The notes beneath the pieces were generated by a model. That model did no database searches. It saw nothing but the letters and a program-made list of their open reading frames with translations, and was not told the origin of the DNA. Shown piece after piece: positions 1 through 8,559 of a stretch of 64,000 nucleotides of DNA. Source of the DNA: Hypanus sabinus (lineage: Eukaryota); the NCBI RefSeq assembly GCF_030144855.1, contig NC_082731.1, positions 21,204,001 through 21,268,000 of the forward strand, in the 5' to 3' direction. The position numbers and the translations under genes were made by a program. Positions within the stretch are counted from its first letter, which is position 1. Every line of letters begins with the position of its first letter.

Positions 1-655
1 ATTCTCAGCAAGGTTTCCTCGTCTCTGCAATGAATTGAGGCTGTGCCTTCAAACGAATGAGTTCGCGATTCGGCTGCAGTAATGGCAGCCAATTTGAATG
101 GATTATACCGTGTTCCTCAGATTCGTTGTTGCTGTAAGTAAACGAATATGCAAGTTTGTCTGTAGAATGCATGTTTTGATAATAAATGTACTTTGACCTT
201 TCTGATAAAGTGAAATGATGTTGGGAGGCGTTTGTGAAATACGAGGATGGAGGAAGAAAAGGAGAGAGCGACACGGATAAGGAGGGAGGAATGAAAATAA
301 GCAAGCATCTTCAGCATTTCGTTTCCCAATGAGCCAAATTCTGTTTGAAGGATATCTCGGAGATAACATCTTCATTCATTTGTATAATAAATGATAAAAT
401 TTCACATTGATGTAAGTACCGGGAGTGGGGGAGAGAGAAAGAAAGATAGGGATAACGGAACGGAAAGAGACCGAAAAATAAATATGACTTACACGGAAGG
501 AAACTTATTCTGGTTAGTGCAGCAGTGCAAAGCCCTCATTTCTTTCACAGAGCGGAAATCAACGCACAGTTGATCACACTGAATGGATAGAGTGTTAATA
601 ACATATTGAAGGCGAACTGCATGAAGAAATATATTTCAGCAGGGTAATTGACACA

Positions 656-1166
656 ATGTGTGCTATCTGCTTCGTCCTGATTCTACTGGCCTTGCTACCA
701 GGTGAGATTCTGCGAAACATTTCAGTTGGTTTAATTGGGTTGAATTTCACACAGGTCTGTTCACATTTTTTTTATTGCAGGAAGTAGTGTAAAATATTCA
801 GTTACACAGGAGCCTCTTGAATTATCGACTGAAGAAGGACAAACCGTAATGCTGAACTGCAGTTACTCAATAGCCAATTGTTATATTTTTTTGTGTATTC
901 AGCGTCAACATGGAGGTCTACAATTCTTGCTGAAGCTAATTAACACCTGGATGGATCAGTCGCCAGAAATCCCGTTTAGGTTTACGCGTGTCTTAAAGAA
1001 AGACACTCTGGTGGCTTATTTAACTATCTCGGCAGCTGTTGCCTCGGACGCTGCCATGTATCTCTGTTCCATGAAGATCAGTGTGTTGCACGGAGATGAC
1101 GAGTCCGATCAAAAACCTCTCATGAGTGATGTTGTCAATACTCAAGTGAAGACATTCTTAGCGTGA
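656..1166 (+). CDS. TCR alpha/delta-type V segment V1: open frame but non-canonical (ORF/pseudogene), probably unable to rearrange
   Basis: Leader 656-701 (MCAICFVLILLALLP), GT-AG intron 702-780, V exon from 781 open to TGA 1164-1166. C23 and YLC104 present, but conserved W41-Y is replaced by L-C (YIFLCIQ). RSS heptamer CAGTGTG 1079-1085 lacks CAC; 23-bp spacer; nonamer TCAAAAACC 1109-1117. Confidence 0.85.
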
Positions 1167-1336
1167 AAAAAAAAGAATGCGCGTGCACAAGAAACAGCTA
1201 TAGTCTCTTGCTGCTTTAAAAAGAATGAAAGCTAGTAACAAACCACTGCCTTGATATTTTGCTCCAGGTGCCACAGCCGTATCTAGGTAGTCATGAATAG
1301 GAAACGAGCGAAGAAAGTTGATGAAAGAGGGGAGGG

Positions 1337-1338
<2 letters not shown>

Positions 1339-1426
<88 letters not shown>
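1339..1426 (+). repeat. (GA)n microsatellite between V1 and the V2 promoter
   Basis: Uninterrupted GA dinucleotide run. Confidence 0.99.
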
Positions 1427-1428
<2 letters not shown>

Positions 1429-1495
1429 AAAAGGGTGAATAGAACAGAAGAAATTGAGAAATAAATACATACGTAAGAGAACGAAACACATTCCG

Positions 1496-1555
1496 ATTGG
1501 TGCAAGCAGGTCACGCCCACAACGCTTTAACGGAACGGAAGGAGTAGCATATTGG
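1496..1555 (+). promoter_or_regulatory. Putative V2 promoter: two inverted CCAAT boxes flanking an ETS-like CGGAAG
   Basis: ATTGG at 1496-1500 and 1551-1555, ~90-150 bp upstream of ATG 1643. Same arrangement upstream of all four intact + V genes. Confidence 0.5.
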
Positions 1556-1642
1556 ATCGACACGTCAATATCAATCAAGTCTTACTAGCTCATTTAAGGT
1601 AGACTGCTTGATCGACTGTAATTCAGCTTCATGCGAGACACC

Positions 1643-2076
1643 ATGCGTGCTAACTGTTTCTTTATGATTACATTGGCCATGTTGCCAGGTACGTTTCTGT
1701 AAAACAATTCTCCGTGTTATTGGGGTTAAGTTCAACAAAGGTCTATTCACTTTTTTTTTGTGTTTTTTTTAATGGCAGGAAGAATTGCGGAAGATTCAGT
1801 TACACAGGTGCCTCCTGAATTAACGATTGAAGAAGGAGAGTCCGTATCACTGAACTGTAGTTACTCAATAGCCAATAGTTACATTTTCTGGAACATTCAG
1901 CGTCAAAGCGGAGGTCTACAATTCTTGCTGAAGCTAATTAACACAAGGATGAATCGGTCTCCGGGTACGCCGCAGAGGTTTAACGGGACTTTACAGAAAG
2001 ACAGACAGGCGGCTCAGTTAATTATATCTGGAAGTCTTGTTACGGACACCGCCGTATATCTCTGTGCCATGCAGCC
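1643..2076 (+). CDS. TRAV/TRDV: TCR alpha/delta-type V segment V2, structurally intact
   Basis: Leader 1643-1688 (MRANCFFMITLAMLP), intron 1689-1778, V exon 1779-2076: DSVTQ..EGESVSLNCSYS..FW(N)IQ..DTAVYLCAMQ. C23, W41 and C104 present; followed by a 23-RSS. Confidence 0.93.
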
Positions 2077-2115
2077 CACACTGTTACACGGTGGTGATGG
2101 ATCCGAACAAAAACC
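2077..2115 (+). other. 23-RSS of V2
   Basis: CACACTG 2077-2083, 23-bp spacer, consensus nonamer ACAAAAACC 2107-2115. Confidence 0.95.
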
Positions 2116-2635
2116 ACGCCTAAGTGCTGTTCAGAATACTCAATAGATGGCGCACTTCATGGGGAAACAGAAAACACACGCAAAGGAAACAGTGAAGGTC
2201 CCTTGTTTAGATAAACGGTGTGAAAGCGAATAATAAACCTTTATCCCACTATTTTGTCGGGAAGGAAAGCCGGATCTAGACAGTCATATATAGGGAATGA
2301 TCNNNNNNNNNNNNNNNNNNNNNNNNNNNNNNNNNNNNNNNNNNNNNNNNNNNNNNNNNNNNNNNNNNNNNNNNNNNNNNNNNNNNNNNNNNNNNNNNNN
2401 NNNNNNNNNNNNNNNNNNNNNNNNNNNNNNNNNNNNNNNNNNNNNNNNNNNNNNNNNNNNNNNNNNNGGGAGAGAGAGAGCGGCGAGAAGAAAGGGGGAG
2501 CGAACAAATGCAAGAATGCCGCCAATTTTAGCTCATTCACTTTGGAACGTCATCTGGCTTTCGGGTTTGCGTGGTGCCAAATTTTATCTGTTTCCTTTGT
2601 TTATCCTTCCAGTATTGTACTGAGCCTCCACTCGA

Positions 2636-2643
2636 TGACGTCA
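2636..2643. promoter_or_regulatory. Perfect CRE palindrome TGACGTCA
   Basis: Exact match; paralogous positions (~17104, ~35502) are degenerate. Function not shown. Confidence 0.3.
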
Positions 2644-2954
2644 ATTAAGGAGAGTGACGCACATCTGAGAAGCGACCATGTGTCTTTAAACAGTGTTACC
2701 AGAACTTGAAAACAATATTGAGACGTATCTAGATGTACAAACAGGAACTTCACAAACAAAGAGTTTCGGAGACTAAATATCTCCTTTTCCCTGCTGTCAA
2801 CAGCAATACAGTGACTGACAAGATTGTCGAAATCGTAAGTTGAGGGAGACAGACAAGAACCACCCCATCCCCAACACACACACACACACACACAGGCCAG
2901 CAAAGGTCAGATAGTCCTCTACATTTGGCGACACTTGGACTAATCATCTCAACT

Positions 2955-3835
2955 GCAAGATTGCGGAGCGACGCAGGGCGCAGTGGCCACTCCAGGAATG
3001 AAAATCTGTTATCTGTAAGTAGGGGCCGTGTACAATCTTGGTTTTATGGAGAGAACGTGGGATGCACGGAGGAACATCTGGTGAAACTTTTGAAATGCCT
3101 TTTTCTCTGTCGCTGCCACAGTGCGATCGGAATAAATCTCCCGGTGGAAGGCCCCGAATCCTCGGCTTTGCCATTTGCTTGGCGGACGGTGCCGGGGTCG
3201 AAGCGGTCGTCAGAGATGGTACTCGGTGCTCGGTGTCGGAGGACTGGTTGAAGGCTCGAATATTTCGGACGGACTCGGAGTTGGCTGTGATCGGAGCTCC
3301 CAAATTGCTGTTTCGGCAAGCTGCGGCGCTGGAGGTTCATGGCAGGAAGAGTGTTTCTTCCATCTACCGTCAGCATCAGATGATGGGCTCTCGGGCTTTG
3401 AAACTTTCTTTTAAACCGTGCCATGGACTGCTCTTTATCAGATTACGTTTTTGCTTTGCACTGTTGAAACTATGTGTTAAAATTATGTGGTCTTTGTCAG
3501 TTAGTCTTTTATCAATTATGGTCTTGTCTGTACTGTTGAAACTATAACTCTATGTAACTATATGGTTTTGTGTAGGTCTTGCAGCTTTAGCTTTGTCTGA
3601 TGGGTTTGTAGTTCCTTTCCGGGGAACGTGCTAAGACGGTAGCGCGATATCGATACGCAACAGCCTCTCTGGACTCTGGATTAGGGATTACCAAACGGTT
3701 TGTGCTTTTTTCTTGTAAGGTCTATTTTGTAATTTTTCGTGATATCATTCTGGAGAACGTTTTCTCATTTTTAACCGCATTGCATATTCTGGTTTATAAA
3801 TGACAATAAACTGAATCTGAATCTGATCTGGATCT
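2955..3835 (+). mobile_element. Non-autonomous LINE-tail/SINE-like repeat
   Basis: GC-rich body ending in AATGACAATAAA plus a (CTGAAT)n-type tail. Second copy at ~35830-36715; absent from the paralogous module at ~17.5 kb. Confidence 0.5.
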
Positions 3836-3924
3836 GAACATCAGCAAAAGTGAAGCGTGTATGAGTGAGACGGGGGAATGGGGTATCAGGCAAAATACGT
3901 CCAGCCAGAATGTGACACTGAATT

Positions 3925-4272
3925 GCAATGAAAGTCTATTCTGCTTAGTGTTCATTTAAGCAAATAAAACTCTGAATGAACTGTTATAAAAGCGGAGACA
4001 ATAATAGATAACTGTAATTATCGATGTAGATAAGGAGCATTATTTTCCTCCTTAGCATCGAGAGCAAAGTGCAAAACACTTCCTTAATGTGAATCACAAA
4101 AGGCTGCAGCAGTCTCCAGATTGTGCCCTGAGTTTTATGATTGCTTTGCAGCATGACAGGAAGCTGGTTCTTTTTAAATGTTTCTGCGTGCTTTTGAATC
4201 GCATTTGGCTTTCTATCGTTGTGCCATATAGCTGGGACATTTGCATGACGATGGAGAATCGGAGGAAAAACC
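3925..4272 (+). pseudogene. Decayed V relic of the + family (psiC)
   Basis: AACTGTAATTA (NCNY) ~4010, QSPD..LQHDR, then GCTTTCTATCGTTGTGCCATATAG in the register of SALYLCAMQ. Dead heptamer GGGACAT 4234-4240, exact 23-bp spacer similar to V4, nonamer GGAAAAACC 4264-4272, homologous 3' flank. Confidence 0.85.
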
Positions 4273-4869
4273 AGCCTAGGTGATGTAATCAGCCGTCATT
4301 ACAGGGCACACTTAGTGTGGAAAAATCACTAGATGCTGAAGTGCAATACAGCGAGGTTAACGTTTCTACATTAACCTCACGCTGCTCAGCATAAAAAATT
4401 GCGTTTGAATTCTGCTCCAGATATAAACAGGAAGATGAAAAAGCATTTCCGGGCATTAGTTGCTGTACACAAAATGCTATCTCGGCAGAAAACATTGCAG
4501 GAAATCTCCTATGAACATTTACGATGTATTCCTTGAGTATGCAGCGGTATAAGGCGACTGTCAGACAAAGATACATGCCCGCACATTCCGAACCAGGCCG
4601 AATAAACCTTCATAACCCGTCACGATGAAGGCAGCTGCATATGGTTGCGGACATTACTGTGGTAAGGACAGGCGACGGAAACACTAACAGAAAACAAAGA
4701 TTGAGCAATATACATATTTCCAACAGACAATGAACAATGTGTGGAAAGTTCTAGTATTAATGAGTGTTTATTCAACTAAGTATAAAATATTACGATGGCT
4801 TAGTTAATGACAAAATGTGGAAAATGAAAGTTTTGTGAATGACGGAGAGCACGTGTCTAAGCATCACGT

Positions 4870-5720
4870 AATGTGGGAGCAGATAGAGTTAGAAGGACAG
4901 AGTGAGAGAGTTTGAAGAGAAGAACCAACCGAACGAGGTTAATTAAAAAAGGAGGAATATATTGTGGAAGTGAACTAAAGACGTAATAAAATGAGGGGAG
5001 TTACTGGTTGCGGAGGGGCCGTCACAGAGTGAGATGGAGACAGAGATAAGGTAGAATAGAGAGAGAGAGAGAGACCATGCAGAGGGCAAGAGTTGAATAA
5101 TAGAAAGGGAAACAATAAAGAGGGTGATGTTGATGGACAGAGGAGATGTATAGAGGATAGAAAAGATGTGTAAAGAGTGATTACAAGGGGGTCAGCAAGT
5201 TAGAGGGGATGTGGAAGTATTGAGTGGAAGATGGAAACAGAGGGAGGATGGAGAAGGATCTAGCGAGGAAGAATAGAGTAGGGAAGGCGGGTAATAGAGC
5301 TGACAGTAATGGATGGAGCGGTTCAGAATGAGAAGAAGGTGTTTGGTTTAGAAAGTGGGAGAAATACTAAAACTGGGTCCGTAGAAAAGCCGTTTGGAAT
5401 AAGGGAGAGAGAGCTATTTAGAGAATGAGAAAAATACGGAAGAGTTGGCGAGTTGCTGGAGTGTTGAATAGAATGAAAAGTGGCACGTACACGATGTAGG
5501 TGGATGAAGGAAAGACTTAAAGCGACGAGGACAGAAGTAGGGAAAGCATGTGTGTGAAAGACAATGAAAATGTAGTATGATAGGAGGAAGCATCGGAGAT
5601 AGGCCGTGATAAATACTTCATTTAGACTGGAGCCTGAAGGTTTGAGTGACCTTCTGACAGCCCTGTAGTATTGCTTCACATCAGGTGAGACACAGATTGA
5701 AAGGTGACTCACCTCATTCG
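4870..5720 (-). mobile_element. Degenerate Penelope-like/non-LTR repeat with purine-rich (+ strand) tail
   Basis: Minus-strand frame (FPTSVLVAL..IHLHRV..DPVLVFLP) resembles, from memory, an abundant elasmobranch Penelope-like element. Duplicated at ~37760-38600. Confidence 0.4.
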
Positions 5721-5784
5721 CCACTGCCACTCATTCGTAAAGCAACATTTTTTGAATTGTCTCTCTTACGATGGGGACAGAAGA

Positions 5785-6228
5785 CAAATAAGCTGCTTTA
5801 TCCTTTTTTCGTGCTTCTTGTGGAATATTTGGTTATACACCAACCGGTGCCCCCGGTTCTTAAGGGAAAACATGGCTGTTTATACATTTCCCCTTTATTG
5901 CATGAAGGTTTTTGAAACATAACATGATAATGCTCCCCGCAGAGTTATTTATTCTTGAAGGACAGATCATCATCATGCTGCAGATGTATTTTTATATATC
6001 ACGCACCATGAATAATCTCTAATATGTTCCTGCAAATCTATCTCTAGAAAATCGAACTGCCGCTGGAACGTCCACGGATAGAAAGAGGTTAATTAAATAA
6101 ATATATATATATATATATATAGATATCTCATTACACTTTTCAACTGGTCATATTTCTGACTTCGCTGTCTACCTCTGTAACATGGAGACTGCACTGTTAG
6201 AGGGAAAAACCAGATCTGGACAAAAAGG
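5785..6228 (+). pseudogene. Decayed V relic of the + family (psiD) with an internal (TA)n expansion
   Basis: PAELFILEGQIII at ~5936-5972 and SDFAVYLCNME at 6155-6187. Heptamer TGCACTG 6190-6196, 23-bp spacer, nonamer ACAAAAAGG 6220-6228. Leader/acceptor-like remnants at ~5785-5902. Confidence 0.8.
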
Positions 6229-6472
6229 CACAGTTTGTTTGTCAACGCGTGCTCAGGCGAAACGTCCCATTACCGCGAAATCCGAAGGATTCTACAAAAA
6301 AAAACAACTTCTTGCGTTTAATCCTTACATACTCTTCGGGTCACATTTCACGCGTTTTTGGTTTTGATACCAATTAAGTCACATTACTGCCTTTTTTTTT
6401 AGACGGAAGTTGAAGATTTTTCCTAAAGTAACAGAAAATGTGTAAAAATGTCGGACTATTTGTTAATTTTAG

Positions 6473-6506
<34 letters not shown>

Positions 6507-6829
6507 TACATATGCATACATACATGCATACACTTATAAGGCTCAGTGTTCAAAATTTGGTATACACACGTGTTATGAGGGGTTTCTTGGGCCGAGTCAA
6601 GATTGACTCGGACCATACTGTCAATGTTCGCGATAGACTGGCCTCCTATCCCGGGGGTGGGGGGGGGGGAGTCTCGTACTTCCAGTCGCTTCAAGCCACT
6701 GAAACCAGCATAAGCACTGCCCTGGTGAGCCTACAAGGCTCGGGACAGAGTTTAACTTTTAACATGCTGAGAAGGCATGGGATATGAACAGGTTTTATGA
6801 GTTAAAAAGTATTTCCTGGAAAATGAAAA

Positions 6830-8500
6830 TATTGTTCCTTAAAAATAAATATATTTTTACCTCAAGACAGAATCGTTCGAAATCGCCTTTGTCGGTTATT
6901 GTGAATACTTTTGTGGAGGTAACAGTGGGAATGAAGTGAAAGTTAGAGAGATACATCAGTCTGACAACCTAAGGCGCCAGCGCCATTCAGGTGCCGACAC
7001 TCCTGATTGTTTGGTGATTAATTTCACTTGTGGTGGTTTCATTTAGATGTGCACCTGTGCCAAATTTTGTTCGAATTTTGTAATTCCCTTTGGTTCGTTC
7101 GGCTTTGCTCACTCTTGGACATGCTTCGGACCACTCAGTACTTCAGGGACGCTTGAGTACTATTCAGTCTTCTCCATGTAATAGTGCACAAGTGAAGGTT
7201 GTTTCTTCAGTTCCAACCTCAAATCTGGAGTCCACTTCACTTGGATCAACCTGGTCAAAACCTCCACTGGTGGGCTGCTGTTTAAAATCTGGAACTTCAG
7301 CATACCGACCCCGGCTCAGTCGAGCAATGCGGACACATTTGTTACAGCCAGACTGACGTATTCATGGAGCCAGCAGAGTTTGCTCACTTTCGATCAGTGT
7401 TGACTATCCACGAAGTTATAGTATGCAGACCTCCTCGTATGCTGTCCATTTGTATTCAATCAGTTCTCCATGCTTACTATTAAGTGCCCGAACCTGACGG
7501 CACTCGAAACAATTAATTCAACCCAAGGGCACGTAGACCACTTCTTACAGCACTTACTGGATTTAGAACTGAAACTAATCACGTTTCCTTCAACCTCTGC
7601 AAAGTGTCGCAGATCATGTCTCACTTCTCTGACAAATCTCTTGCTCTCTCATGGCGCTCTTGGATACAAACACTCCAACGTCAGCAAAGGTGCCGCTATT
7701 AACCATGGATAATCAAGGAGGTTTTGGACCACATGGCCCGGGAACTATTGACAACCTACTGACTCTCCTAACTTCGCGTGGTACGAGTACTCATCGCAAT
7801 CTAATTCTGATCCCCACAGATAGATGTGGTTGGAACGCTGAGGCCATTATAGCCGTATCCGTCTGCACGATATCAACCGAAATTAAAGATCAATTGCCGT
7901 ATAGAGCTCGCAGATGGTCTGGAAACCCTTATCGAAACTCATTTTCAGATTGACATTCGTCTCCAGGACAAGAGAAGAGAGCAGCAGAGTTAATCCAACA
8001 GGGTTTAGAGACGTTGAGGGCCTACAGCCTCATCTTACTCTGCACGGTCGCCCACAACCCCACCTGAAATGAAGTGGGACATTTCTGTTCTGGCACTCAT
8101 GAGATATTTGGATACATCAAAACTGGACTAGATAAAGGAGTTCATTCTCCCATTTTCCCCAGATCGACAACAACCACTATGTACAATGGCATGACGAAGT
8201 TGGGCAGCAGGACGACTCATTGCAATATATCTAGATGCTTGTGTCCTTCTCCGCCGTGTATCTCCGTGACTCGCAACCCATTCCCTCGTATTGATATCGC
8301 CGATCTGGTCAACAACCTGAATTGGTCCACTGGAGGGCGCGCTTTACCAGAAAAGCAAAGGAGCTCACCCACCGGTCAGTCGCCTTACTCGAATGAAAAC
8401 CAGCATCCATGGAACATCAAGTTGGAGGAATTATTTCTGAATTTAGCACACTGCTTCAAATCAGAACTTAATTAAGAATTTTATGCAGACCTGGATGCGT
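6830..8500 (-). mobile_element. Degenerate Ty3/Gypsy pol (integrase region) fragment
   Basis: Homologous to 18240-20060, 39290-41000 and 51300-53100; the 18-20 kb copy shows RNase H (VNYSKKFD) and integrase-like remnants on the minus strand. Confidence 0.6.
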
Positions 8501-8559
8501 TATCAACTTTAATTCTGCAACGTTATAACTCTTGATAAGTATTCTGGTTCCAGTATTTC

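Noticed and set aside
130-200. Possible V 3' end (TTTGTCTGT..ATGCAT, cf. YLCAMQ), also at ~32940
   Set aside because: Only a short motif matches; no RSS or upstream V register.
781-1085. V1 as a NAR-TCR supporting V-delta (extra CDR1 cysteine)
   Set aside because: Supporting Vs lack a leader and follow a NAR V-D-J cassette. V1 has its own leader, there is no upstream D/J, and the twin V6 has Ser at that position.
1118-1642. D or J segments between paired Vs (IgH-like, TAILV or NAR-TCR cassette)
   Set aside because: No 12-RSS, no paired RSS and no FGXG/WGXG-plus-donor motif found in any inter-V interval.
2925-3547. Overlapping 108-169 aa ORFs, repeated at 35799-36343
   Set aside because: Inside a GC-rich non-autonomous repeat; no domain recognised, and frame lengths differ between copies.
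4289-4576. Minus-strand ORF with CVQQLMPGNA (WYQQ-PG-like) and LYC
   Set aside because: W41-equivalent position is wrong, there is no RSS, and it overlaps the 3' flank of the + strand relic psiC.
6592-6611. Perfect hairpin CCGAGTCAA-GA-TTGACTCGG (also ~39096)
   Set aside because: Lies in a probable LTR edge (TGTTATG at ~6569); conservation is explained by the recent duplication.
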